In this document: positions 11,150-25,500 of the stretch, one piece after another
How positions within the stretch are numbered: position 1 is the stretch's first letter
Layout of the letters: every line of letters starts with the position of its first letter
Source of the DNA: Bugula neritina
Taxonomy: Eukaryota > Animalia > Bryozoa
Direction: 5' to 3'
Length of the DNA: 64,000 bases
NCBI GenBank assembly: GCA_964035545.1
Contig: OZ037769.1
Coordinates: 10,508,633 to 10,572,632 of the forward strand
Made by a program: the position numbers and the translations under genes
The notes under the pieces: model-generated
The model's database searches: none
Seen by the model: only the letters and a program-made list of their open reading frames with translations
What the model was told of the DNA's origin: nothing

Positions 11150-11364
11150 CTAGTCAACTGCTACCATTACTGCTTCTAGTACTACTACTGCTACTGCTAC
11201 TGCTACTGCTACTACTGCTACTGCTACTGCTACTACTGCTACTGCTACTACTACTACTACTGCTACTACTACTACTGCTACTACTACTGCTACTACTGCT
11301 ACTACTACTACTGCTACTACTACTACTGCTACTACTACTACTACTACTGCTACTACTACTACTG

Positions 11365-11396
<32 letters not shown>

Positions 11397-11740
11397 GCTA
11401 TCAACTACTACTATTGCTACTACTGCTATTAACTACTACTGCTGCTACCGCTGCTACTACTATTACTGCTACTGCTATTAACTACTACTGCTGCTGCTAC
11501 TACTATTACTACTACTACCACTACTGCTACTACTACTAGCTTCCACTACAACTACTGCTACCACTACTGCTACTACTATTACCACTACTACTATACTACT
11601 ACTACTGCTAGTACCGCTACTACTACTATTACTACTACTACTATTACTACTACTGCTATTACTACTACTACTATTACTACTACTACTACTGCTCCTACTA
11701 CTAGCCCTTACTACTACTACTACTAGTTATAACTACTGCT
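11150..11740. repeat. (ACT/GCT)n trinucleotide microsatellite
   Basis: Directly visible imperfect ACT/GCT run of about 590 bp. Confidence 0.95.
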
Positions 11741-12518
11741 AGAACATAGGAGCATAATACTACAGTGTTACTAACTAGTACTAATATACTTTGACACCAC
11801 AGCTCCTGCTCTTACTGCCTCTTACTGCCACTACACATTGACACCACTGTTATTACTTTCACTCTGGCCAACAGCAAATACTAAGCCTAGTAGTGTAATT
11901 CCTTTTTTAAAATGGGGAATCCCCATCAAAAATGCTTGCCATTCAGGCAAAGGGTTGCACTCTGCATTCAGGTACCTGGAGCAATATGACGTTGCTTAGC
12001 AGCAGGCCTTATGCTATAGCTAACCCGTTCAACTAATTAGCTTTTAAAATGGTACTTATATGAACATACATACAATTTTGTAGTTTCAACAGTGACTTAC
12101 TGCTAATTTCTTGACATGCAGTAAGAATAAAATATCAGTCTAATTTCTGCTATTTCTATGGCTATGACTCATGGTAGGCCAAGATCATGATAATTAGCCT
12201 ATTCAATGACATGTCAGCTAAAATGAGGTAAGACCTACCTGCATGAGCTACATGAATTCAGTTCCTAATTACCATAGTTGTTTGCTTATATCAAGCAAAT
12301 TTTTGTGCACACCAAGAAGACTGTATTTAGATGCAAAAGTAACTTCTCTTCTACAAGCACAATTTGGCAACTTCCATAACTGTGTTTTATGGTCAGAAGT
12401 GAAGTGAGACCTGTAATTTTTGGTTTGGTACTCAGGTTTGAGGTGACATTGGCTAATTCCACAGACAGACAACTCCTCAAGACTTTACAAATGTCTGGTA
12501 GAACTAACACTTGGTGTA

Positions 12519-12925
12519 GGGCCACATGACGCATTTTACACATTTTACACGGTGTGCGAGAAAACCCGTACCCGTATAGACCTGCCACACACAGTGCGTG
12601 TGTTGCGAGTGGAAAAATTTATTAGCTAATGATGTTAGCGTTAGCGTTTACTGCTCCCCTACAGACATTTGTTTATAAAACGTGACTTTAGATATTATAA
12701 AAGCGGAAATGCAAATTATATGAAACTGTTTTAATTCAGTTCGCTAAAAGCTAAGAATTAACATAAAAAAGTGTGCTCGCTAAATGATAATAAGCCAATT
12801 AGATCAAACACGCACAAGCTTCCCGCACTTCTTGCTCAGCATGTTAGACGCATGAAAATTCCGCACACAACGTTCCATTTTTGGGCTAAACGGGTTTTCT
12901 CGCATGTCACCATGTCGTGTGGCCC
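12519..12925. mobile_element. MITE with GGGCCACA termini and TA flanks
   Basis: TA|GGGCCACATGAC...TGCGAGAAAACCCGT on the left; ACGGGTTTTCTCGCA...GTCGTGTGGCCC|TA on the right. Confidence 0.7.
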
Positions 12926-13239
12926 TACGCTCATTCTGAAAACTGCAACATGCAACTGCTTCCTACTGCTAGGTTAGTGGGTAAATATTCATCATTACTA
13001 TATCTATGACTGCAGACATGCTACTAGCCATACTTACAGCCCATCAACATAATTATAGCCAACTTATTGCATGAGATAATTGTTTGATCTGATAAACCAT
13101 ACTATATATTTAGCCAAATTATATACATTATGATACAAAAATGATATTTACACTTTTTCACACATATTCACTAGTAGAGTATATACATATATAACTAAAT
13201 GTTTTGAGTAGAAAGAGACACTGTGCAATACTCAGTTGC

Positions 13240-13540
13240 TGTACTCTATATGACTCAGTCACCATACTCTATATTACTCAGTCACCAAACTCTATATGAC
13301 TCAGTCAATATACTCTACATAACTCAGTCACTATACTCTATATGACTCAGTCACTATGCTCTATATGACTCAGTCACTATACTCTATATGACTCAGTCAC
13401 TATACTCTATATGACCCAGTCACTATAATCTGTATGACTCAGTCACTATACTCTATATGACCCAGTCACTATAATCTGTATGGCTCAGTCACTATACTCT
13501 ACATGACTCAGTCACTATACTCTATACGACTCGGTCACTC
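13240..13540. repeat. 23-bp minisatellite (ACTCTATATGACTCAGTCACTAT)n in the GTF3C3 3' UTR
   Basis: About 13 tandem copies starting about 15 bp after the stop codon. Confidence 0.92.
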
Positions 13541-13553
13541 AGCATCAATGTGT

Positions 13554-16500
13554 TCATATAACGCAGTGAGTCTGTATGATATGTGATGCCAACTCCTCAG
13601 AGCCACTAGCCTTGTATATGAGTGACAGGTTGAAGGCAGCGTCTCTTCGTAGGTCAAAGTCATCACCATCTAAACATGGTTGTGTTTCCAGACACTTTTT
13701 ATAGTAATAGACAGCAGCAGAGTTGATTGATAACTGCTGCATAGCTCTACCTGTAATACATTATACTACTACATAGCTCTACATGTAATACATTATATTA
13801 CTACATAGCTTTACCTGTAATACATTATATTACTACATAGCTCTACCTGAAATACATTATATTACTATATAGCTTTACCTGCATTACATTATATTACTAC
13901 ATAACTCTACCTGTAATACATTATATTACTACATAGCTCTACCTGTAATACATTATATTACTATATAGCTCTACATGTAATACATTATATTAACTGCTAA
14001 CTTTATTGGTAACTGCATGTCTCCAGTCACTAGAAAATCGACAATTCTTACCAGTCTACTATCCTCGCCCCCTGTACTACTATCCTTACCCCCTGCACTA
14101 CTATCCTCACCCCCTGTACTACTATCCTCACCCCCTGTACTACTATCCTTACCCCCTGCACTACTATCCTCACCCCCTGCACTACTATCCCCAACCCCTG
14201 TACTACTATCCTTCATTCCCTTAAAATAAGCAGAGTAAAATCATTTCTAAACCCAATGGTTTAAAGAATGTCAACATACTTAGCAATTATAAGTAATATA
14301 AGATACAGCATATGTAAATAATAGAATGTATCGGTCACAGTTGCATGATGAGGAACTTACCAATGTTGTAGAAGCTTTCCTGACACTCTCCTCGGAGCTT
14401 AAGATATTTATTAAGGAAACAGACCCCATGTGCAGCAAGAGTAGCCCTCTGAGTGGTGAACTTCATACACACAATGTGTAGAAAGCAGACACCTATGAGC
14501 AGGTTCAGAATAGGAGAGTCCTCTAACTGCTTGTAGGCATTCATAAACTGATCTACAAACATGGTAACAGAATATATACACAGTAGCTATGACAATGGCA
14601 GAAACAGATGGACTAAAAGGATGACTGCAGAAGAAAACTGAGATAATAATTACGCTACATTGTACACAACAGTTTTGAGCCACTTTTGTGTGGCTACCGG
14701 ATATGAATTTCGAGAGTGATTTTTATATTGAATATAATGTGTTACTTTAAAAAAAGAGTATTCATGAAGCCTGCCACTACACACTCCAACAAGAATTTGA
14801 TATTACAAATGCTAGTTCTTTTAAATAAAAGCTTTTTAAGTTTAGAGAGTAAAAATCAAATGAGATGGAAATGAAAACATTATATAAGCTTTCTGTGTCG
14901 TTTTTGTCAAGTCTCTAGTAACTTAGCTTCTCTCAATAGCAGAGGTCAGACAACTCTCAAACTGCAGTGTCAGATAATTACTGAAAGTGGTCACACTTCA
15001 CTGAACAAATTGTAAACTTGTTGTCAGTTGAATTTAGCAACACAAATCATGAAAAAGGTAAGAATGAAACCATTCATTTGATTTATACTAAATTTTGTGT
15101 TTTGAAAACAATTCAAGCATTCGAAGAGAATAGATTTTGAGCAATATTCATGTTCTAAAACCTTGAAATGCATAATAAATTAGAATTACTTTCACAAGAA
15201 AAACATTTCCAGAACTATTACTTCGGCACTATCAACTGTCAACATTGAAATTACAAATTCTAACAACTATGTATCACCTTATATTTGCCTAACTATTGTC
15301 CAATGTATTTAAAACTAGTTCTAATCAGTTTTTAAAAATTTTCAACTTGAATTTGAGTTACAATAACATAAATAGCGTCAATACTTGGTAAAATCCACTA
15401 GCATATTTGCCAAATAGCAGCTTACAAGTATTGCCAAGTTCCACCAATCTTCTATAATATAATATAACTTTTTTTTTCCCCAGAATTTTAGAGTTGACAA
15501 ACTGACTCTAGTCTCTCTTACATACTCGTATGATGGCTAATATACCAAACAAACAGTGCATTGTTTTATGGTAGAGTCATAAGAGACAGACTTACTAATG
15601 GCAGCTCTGTACGAGGTGTAGATGATACTTCCACATCCATGAGCGATACTAAGAACAGCCGAGTTGGGGTACTAAAAGAATATTCAATTATTATAATATC
15701 TGATAGCAACATGGCAGCCCGCCAACACCGTATATAAGCATTATAATTGCACATATGAATACTAGAATATATAACTAATTTAAAATGTAATATGAGCATA
15801 GTTATGGCTTTACTCATTATTTGATACAAAATGAAACAGAAATGCGAAAAGATTTAATTAAAACTCTCAGAACAATTATACTGAGTTGACTACCAAATGA
15901 GTTTCGACTAGAGTTTATACGTATGACATAATGTAGCTGTCAGAATATTGAAATTATTAAAAATAAGCATCCTGAAAATGAGATGTAAAAATGAAATGTT
16001 GCATCTAAAATTAGGCTAGCATGTTGTTGAAACGATCTTTTACAACTTTTGTATCAACAAACATTTTTCATTGTAAAAAGATGAGACAGAAGATCCCGGA
16101 ATGTTTTCCCTTACCTTGCGTAGTTGTCTTTCACTAAACCTTGCAAATCTCATATCGTGTGGAGTAATAGAAGTGATCATGGAGAAGATATTAGCCACCT
16201 GATTCACCCTGTCACCAAGACCAGCATCAGCTATCTATAACACATGTCAGGGGAGCACAAGTACTAGCAAGTGACAGGTGTGAGTATAACACTACTATGA
16301 CCATACATGAATAGTTCCCACAACTGTAACTAGTAAGACGACGCAACTGATGGGGCAGCGGTAAAATATCACTTTTATGACTCCATAATGCAAACAAATC
16401 CTTATAGTAAGGGAGTTTAGAACTACAAACATATAACATAGCAGTTACCTTCATGACAGAATCTCTGATAAGATCAAATGCCGCACCTCCATGTTGTAAC

Positions 16501-19500
16501 AACACATGACTACACATGCATTTAAAGTCCAGTTCCTAAAAACAATACTCAAGCATTTGAAGGTTTGAGACTTATACTACATAAAATATGTGAACTACAG
16601 GCAAATTAAAAAAAGAAAATATAATTTTCGCTGAGATTTGAATACCCGCAATTGTCTGCGTGATAATGGACATCAATATAGACCTTAGGTATACAGTATA
16701 ATACATTAGATATATACAGTATAATACATTAGATATATACAGTATAATACATTAGATATATATAGTATAATACATTAGACATATACAGTATAATACATTA
16801 GATATATACAGTATAATACATTAGATATATATAGTATAATACATTAGATATATAGTATAATACATTAGATATATATAGTATAATACATTAGATATATATA
16901 GTATAATACATTAGATATATATAGTATAATACATTAGATATATATAGTATAATACATTAGACATATAGTATAATACATTAGATATATATAGTATAATACA
17001 TTAGACATATACAGTATAATACATTAGACATATAGTATAATACATTAGATATATACAGTATAATACATTAGATATATACAGTATAATACATTAGATATAT
17101 ACAGTATAATACATTAGATATATACAGTATAATACATTAGACATATGTGTGATGGAAGAGTTATCAGCTTTGCCAAATATCTACACATTTGGATCCATAA
17201 CAATACTCCTTGACTTCACTATACGTATAACACAAACTCGCTAAGCTCTTCCAAACTTACAAAAGAAGTCAAAACCACACTTTTATTTCACTTAAGCAAT
17301 TTTTAAATATGTTTTTAAACATAACATTAACTAAGTACTATGTAATACTTACTGAATACTATGTAATACTTACTGAATAATATGTAATACTTACTGAATA
17401 ATATGTAATACTTACTGAATAATATGTAATACTTACTGAATACTATGTAATACTTACTGAATACTATGTAATACTTACTGAATACTATGTAACACTTACT
17501 TAATACAACATAAAACTTACTGAATACTATGTAATACTTACTGAATAATATGTAATACTTACTGAATAATATGTAACACTTACTGAATAATATGTAACAC
17601 TTACTGAATAATATGTAATACTTACCTAATACAACATAAAATTTACTGAATACTACATAAATACTCACATCACTCCACTGCTTTTTAGAAAAGAAGGCGT
17701 GTGTACAATATCCACTCTTCACTAGTGAGAATAAAGTGTCGTATCTTTTATGCTGATGAGCTGTTTCACAAGCCTGTATCAAAATGATAAGTATAGGAAA
17801 GTGAAAACAGTTTCAATAAAACTGACTGTCAAAACATGTATGCTTGTATGTCATGTCTTATAGACTGCAGTAGGTAAACTGTAACATGTATTATACACTA
17901 TACTATCTGTATTATACACTATACAATCTGCATTATACACTTTACAGTCTGTATTATACACTATACAGTCTGTATTATACACTATACAGTCTGTATTATA
18001 CACTATATAGTCTGTATTATACACTATACAGTCTGGATTATACACTATACAGTCTGTATTATACACTATACAGTCTGTATTATACACTATACAGTCTGTA
18101 TTATACACTATACAGTCTGTATTATACACTATACAGTCCGTATTATACACTATACAGTCCGTATTATACACTATACAGTCTGTATTATACACTATACAGT
18201 CTGTATTATACACTATACAGTCTGTATTATACACTATACAGTCTGTATTATACACTATACAGTCTGTATTATACACTATGCAGTCTGTATTATACACTAT
18301 ACAGTCTGTATTATACACTATACAGTCTGTATTATACACTATACAGTCTTTATTATACACTATACAGTCTGTATTATACACTATACAGTCTGTATTATAC
18401 ACTATACAGTCTGTATTATAAACTATACAGTCTGTGTATACATGAAGCTATTATATACCATACTGCAGCTTGCATAACACATGTATGTAATTTTCATATG
18501 CATAGGATGATCACAATGTGTTAGTTATTTCACGTTTAGCACAAAGAGTACACCAACAGCATGTGACTTACTTTATTGAATAAATCCCAGCACTCATTTT
18601 CTGTGAGAGAATTTTCACCCGAGACCAGAGCAGGAGCTGAAGTGGAAAATATAACCTAGTCTGAGTTGAGATAACCTAGTCTGAGTTGAGATAACCTAGT
18701 CTGAGTTGAGATAACCTAGTTTGAGTTGAGATAACCTAGTCTGAGTTGAGATAACCTAGTCTGAGTTGAGATAACCTAGTTTGAGTTGAGATAACCTAGT
18801 CTGAGTTGAGATAACCTAGTCTGAGTTGAGATAACCTAGTTTGAGTTGAGATAATTTAGTCTGAGTTGAGATAGGTGAATTCAGCACACCAGAAACAAGC
18901 ACTATACAAGAGATGACAATTCTTTACCCAAAGCTATAAGCACAAGTTGCAATGTCTAAACCTCACAGTAAATGTTATTTGGTGCTGGCTACTTATTTAT
19001 ATTATAGCAGATAATAACATCTCATAAACTGATATTTGATATAATAAAAGTGGTTATGTAAAATATATATGAATATAACACTTACGAGTCTTGTACACTT
19101 CATCATAGTCTGGTAAAATCCTGCGCAGGTATGTTATTCTCCCTTTGTATGGACGACATGCCATCAAGGCTACAATAGTATCAATAGTCTATACTTTATA
19201 CTATAGTATATAACTACATTAGATAATGTATGCGTATTACATGATGTATAATGATGGAGCGTTATATCTTATAGCAATACATATTTTACAATAACTACAC
19301 CATGCAGCACCCATGTATTATATGATATAATATATTATATATTACCACATATGATGAAACAACTACCTTATATAATACATGTAGTTACACATATTACTAT
19401 TATTCAATACAGGCTTGAAAAATAAACAAAGTACAATTACCTGCTTCGTGCTCCACAATTATGTGAGGTGGTAGTTGGCCAAAGAGCAAATATTGAACAT

Positions 19501-22500
19501 ATTTGAAGAACTCGTCTAACTTAGACTGAGAATGCAGCAGCAGACAAGTATGTAGCAAGAGACGTGGTTCTTTGCCCTCCAAACCAGTCCAATCATTTCT
19601 AACAGAACTGGCAGGCACTACAAAATTCTGATAGATACATCAACTGACACAATAGATTACTACAATTATTACATTGAGAGTGACACAGTCCATCTAAAGG
19701 TCTATCAATATCCCACACTTTACTATCATAAGAAAGCTCTAGACTGGCTGTATTTAAACTACAGTATTCTGTACAGTGTACACATATTCTTCTATAATAT
19801 ACGAAGACAGAATGCCATGAAAATCTATAATAGAGGTGTATTATTTTATATTATATAATGCATTGCAGTGACACTTTGGTGGGCATATAAACCATTTCTC
19901 CAATGCGTATATCGTTATGCTAAGTGGAATCAGACACTTTTAAAGAAATATAAGTGCCAATTGGCGACACAACAGCTTTGAGATGCTAATTGATTTCTCT
20001 ACAATGCAGAAATACTGTGGTCAGATAATTGGAAAATCCCAATAAATTAAGCAGAAAAGCAGAAGTTATGACTAGAAATGTGTCAATGTTGACAACACAA
20101 GTCTTCTGCAGCCATATGGTTCTTATACCACTGAGGCTTGACAAATTACACAATATGAAAAGATCTGTGAATGCATTATGAAAACAAACATTTGAAACAT
20201 TTTTGTCTCTCTGTATTACAGAGTAAATGTTTATAGGGTAGAAAAATATGTCGACTAAAATCAGAAGACCTCAAACTTTGCAATGACAAAATAAGTATAA
20301 GATGCTGGAAGACATGAGAGCAATGATAGCTTAAAACGCTATAATTTATTATCATGTTCGAGTCTTGAGATATGAAACATTCTCTATACATGTCCCACAG
20401 AGAAGTTACCAACCTCCACCCTCAGCCAACGTGTGCAAAGCTTCCTGCTCCAACCCCAGTTGTTGCTGTAGCAGAGATAACTGAACTCTAGCAGAGACAT
20501 GGTTGGGGGCCATCTCCACCACCCTTCCATATGCTCTAGCAGCATCTTCTATTCTCCCCAGAGCACTCAGGCACTCGGAATACTTCAGCCACACAGCTGC
20601 CTGTGCAATTCATAAACCCAGTGATTGAGTTTGTACTTTAGAAGGTACTTATATTATACTCATACATACGCATATTATACTATATACTCATACATACGCA
20701 TATTATACTATATACTTATACATACGCATATTATACTATATACTCATACATACGCATATTATGCTATATACTTATACATACGCATATTATACTATATACT
20801 TATACATACGCATATTATACTATATACTTATACATACGCATATTATACTATATACTTATACATACGCATATTATACTATATACTTATACATACGCATATT
20901 ATACTATATACTTATACATACGCATATTATACTATATACTTATACATACGCATATTATACTATATACTCATACAACACGAATATGCAATATCCCAAAATT
21001 TGACAACTTGTTGAGACATCAAATAATCAACACCATGTCACACGATCAACACCATGTCACACGATCAACACCATGTCACACAATCAACATCATGTCCCAT
21101 GATCAATACAATGTCACATGATCAACACCATGTCACACGATCAACACCATGTCACACGATCAACACCATGTCACACGATCAACACCATGTCACATGATCA
21201 ACACCATGTCACATGATGAACACCATGTCACATGATGAACACCATATCACATGATCAATACAATGTCACATGACTGACATAACATCAGATAATCGTCTAA
21301 CTAGAATTTGTTTCTGCAAAAGACAATATAATATAGTATAACTATAATCCTGTACCATTGTACTATTATAAAACTAGCTCATATAAAAACCCTTCCAGCA
21401 CACATTGTGATCAGCAAAGTATACATTTCATGAGGATAAGCAAGGTGTATATATATGAACCTATATGTAACAGCACAGTATACCTGACTGTAGGTATCAA
21501 CTTGAATGAGTTTCTCTAACAGATCTGTAGCCAGTACGTACATCCCATTTAGTTGGAGGGCTTCAGACATGTCTATGAAAAGGTCCCCCACCTCCTCCAC
21601 ACTCTCGTCTTGGAAACTAGCTAACACAGTCTACATAAGTATAGAAAGTATAGTACAGTATGGTATGTTAAACATAGCATAAATATAGCGAAAGTATAGA
21701 GTAAGTATAGTATAGTATGGTTTGTTAAATATAGCATAAGTATAAAGAAAATATAGTATAGTATGTTAAACATAGATAGCATAAACTATATAAAGTGACT
21801 GAGAAAATTTGAAAAAATAACCCAAGTATTAGATGAATAAAGAACAAGCAGGCGTTGCAGATTGGGGAAAAACTATCGACAAATAAACACAAAAACTCCA
21901 AATACTCGTCAAGAAACAAGACAGAAGCTGCGAGAGCACAACTCCAAATTATATTATGACAATCAACTATTGTAGTTCTTGTTTTTCTAAAAAAAAACGG
22001 TGTTGATTAACCTTTTCTTAATTTATTAAAACCAAAACTCATAATATAAATACTTTTAAAAAACAACAGCCTGAAACTACTTGTGTGAAATCCGACGACA
22101 GTGGAAGTACAACTCCAAACTATCCCTTACTGCATATTTAGTATTATCACAGTATTTATGATGTGAGGGTATTCATTACTAACCTTAACTGGCTCAACTA
22201 GAGACTTGTGGGCCAGAGAAATGGCAAGCTTGCTTCTCAAATCAACTGCCAGTTCTGCTGGAACTTTAATTGAACTACTGAAAACAAATTCTACATAAGT
22301 TATTCAATTTATTGATGAATAGTGCTTCTTCATTTTAGGAAGAAATCTACCCAAGAAATACGCATAAGTTGGCAGCATAAACATTTTCATGCAGTTTCAA
22401 GTTTACTGTGTACTATAGATGAAGCAATGCAGTAATAAAATAGAAAATCAACTTGAAATTGACTGGAAAAATCATCAAAACAGATATTATTATAAGTGTG

Positions 22501-25500
22501 ACTGATTACCTGTCTTTAGAGAGCACGACTCCACAGTGTGAAGTCAAGAGCTCCAGGACACAGCTGAACTTATTCTCTTCAATATAGAACTCTCCTAGCA
22601 TATTGATCTCTAAAGTAAATCAATTCAAATATTAAAGTAACTGTCTGAAAGAGAGAGCAGTCGTGGTCTAGGGGTTAAAAGCCTAGTAAACACAAAGTCA
22701 TGGGTTCGAATCCCGGTAAAGGCTATTGGTGATGTTAGGAAGAGCATCAAGTCATAATTGCTCCTGTGCCACATATAATAACTCCTTAACCTGCTTTAAA
22801 AAAACTCTTTCTATCAGGGGCCTCACAGGGATAGTGACTAAAAACCCATGTGAGTTTATGTCATTAGAGACAGCAGGGTGTGGCATGTAATAGCTTTGGA
22901 GGTTTTCCTTTTCTGTGTCCCTGATGCTCAATTTGATTGAAGAGTTGTGTCCTCTATCATGATACATCCTTTAACCCAGCTATCAAAATCAGCTTCGTGT
23001 AAATTTTAAAGTTTTGCTATTAAAAACCCTACACCAGCTATAGAGTGTTTCTCTAGTAGATCTATATTTGACTAGTAACACACACACGCAGCACACACAT
23101 TAGGGTAGCCCTATTTTAAACCACGACTTCTAGTTAAAGTTTGAGCACTAGAGACATGGGGAAACGATCTATTTATGCAACTGACCAGAACATCATCTGT
23201 GTTGAGTGACATATGATGCTTACCTTCAGATGTGACAAACTCAGGATGAAGTTCAATAGCTTTTTCAAGTACCTTGATGCCTTTATCAAGTTTACCCCTC
23301 TCTCTTTGCAACTAGAAACAGCACACAAGTTATGGTAATGAGTGGTGAAGGTAAATATACTATTATATTTTTTGCGCACTGATAGTGTAAACTACAATCT
23401 CAGTTATCCTGAGAAAATTTGATTAACTGTTTTAATAACAAAAAATAGCCAGCTTAGGCCAAAAATATAAAACAATTATAAAAACACAGCTCAAAAAAGA
23501 GTTAACCTTTGCCAGCTCCTTTGTGACACTTGTGTAGAGGTTAGAGTCAGCGTTGGCAGCATTACTGTCAAGTACCCACTGCAGCACCTCGGTAGCCTTC
23601 TTCAGGTCACCCAGCTGCACCTCCAGTTTGGAGCAGTGTAACAGGGCCCGGGTATTCTCTCTGTCGTGTTTAGCAACTAAGCAAGTACAATACAACATGG
23701 TAACAATATTACAACAATTTCTATAAGTTCTGGTCAATGTTACCACATCATTTCAAGAACATTTGGAAGTATTTGTATTTTTTGAATGCCTTTTTAGTGA
23801 ATAACCAGCTCATAGCCAGATGTGATCATTATCAAAGTTGCTGATGGTAAAAATATGGCATTCTACTTTGTTATTTTTCTTTATGTGAGAAAAGTTCAAC
23901 TATAGCTTACTAATCCCTCCCACATACTGGGGTTTGACATTTTCATGAGCACCAATATACTAATGTCACTTGCTGCCAGTTTTGATAAAGAAATTGCTCT
24001 CTGATGAAAGAACTAAAGTTGTTTAAACAAAATGACTCGACAACTAAAAATTTCTTTAATACTTTGCTTAGTAAAAATATATAATTGAATTCTTTGGCCT
24101 TGTTCTGGGTGACTCTTAAATATTTCACCGAATCTTAAACTTTTGTAGGCATCTTTCAGTTACAGCCCCATGGGAAGAGCAAACATTAAACAACATTTGC
24201 ATATGCATTATTTTATTCACCTAGTGAAAGTCTACATGTTCAATAACATTTACAAACTATTTTATTCTAAATTTTAATAAATCCACATAAGCGTTCTACT
24301 CTTTTAATCCCTATAGCGGAATGTTGTGCTACTCTCTATACACAAGTCTCGCATTAAATGGCGAACTCACCTTGTCTGTAACAATTGGCACAGTCCTTCA
24401 TATTCCCTGCTTCCATTGCCATTTCAGCCAACCGTATCCACTCTTCAGTGTTCCGCACATCTAGATGAGCTCCGACCAAACCAAACTACAAGATTCGTAA
24501 CTTTAACAGAAGTTGAGAAACTTAACTCTATTTAAAATCATAGTCTGATTAAGTTCCGTAGTACCAAGACCCAGTGCAGAGTGACTGAATTTGAGTCATA
24601 AAGTAACCTGGAATGCGTTGTCCATGTCCCCCATGTCTTCGTGTAGCACACTCAGCGTCTGGTAAGGCTCAGGGGCAGTGGGAGCTACAAAATAGAACCT
24701 ATCATAATACTATTACACGCCAAGTGTTTACAACATACTACATACTATTAAATGCATAGTGCTTAAAACTTACTATATAATAGAACCTATCAGAATACTT
24801 ACTACATACTATCACGTGCAAAGGGAGGAATTAGTAACACTGACGCAAGTGAATGTTACAGATATCAAGTGTACGAGAAAAACGTTCAAACACAACGGGC
24901 AACAACAATGCTAAGTTTAATTACAGCTGAGCTAATAATATAGCCAGTGCAGGTTTTCATTTGCTTATTCCATGTAATATAATTTTTAATGCAGCTCACT
25001 AAAAGCATAGTATTAGTTTATTCGATGGAAACACACCATCACAAGCGCGTGCAAAATGCAAGCAAAATCCACTCAAGATTGATGTGGTCACGTTTTGTGC
25101 AGCATTTATGCCAATTTCAATAAATATAGCAATTGGACTTTAAAAATAATTAGCAGGGAAAGTTAATATAAAATTTGACGTGATGGCCACATGTATAACA
25201 ACCAGTTTGTAATTAATACAAACAAAATCCAATACTTGGCACTATCTGAGCTGTCAAATGAACCTCATAGACAATAATTCTGCTCTTTGGAAATCTATTA
25301 TCGGTCTCCAGAAATGAAATTTTATCAATGTCATGCCTTTACTATCATAAACCTCAAACCAAGCTGAATTGCGTATATTAGAGTCTACAACAGATACAAA
25401 CTTAATTTCACCAACCTGATTTGATTATCTCTTTACACATAACCATAACCTCCTCATATTCCCCACGTGCAAACATCAGATTAGCTTCTCCCATAAGCCC

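Noticed and set aside
11150-11404. Poly-Val/Ala ORF
   Set aside because: Translation of the (ACT/GCT)n microsatellite; no gene context.
17851-18524. Repetitive ORFs (YNTDCIV)n and (YYTLYSL)n, and similar ones at 13971-14229, 20625-21014 and 58482-59039
   Set aside because: Artefacts of intronic minisatellites that lack stop codons.
18651-18873. Regular repeats as a possible CRISPR array
   Set aside because: Head-to-tail units with no unique spacers, no cas genes, and a eukaryotic intron context.
22654-22720. Possible tRNA gene
   Set aside because: No acceptor stem or terminator, and the sequence continues into a body shared with dispersed copies, so it is a SINE.
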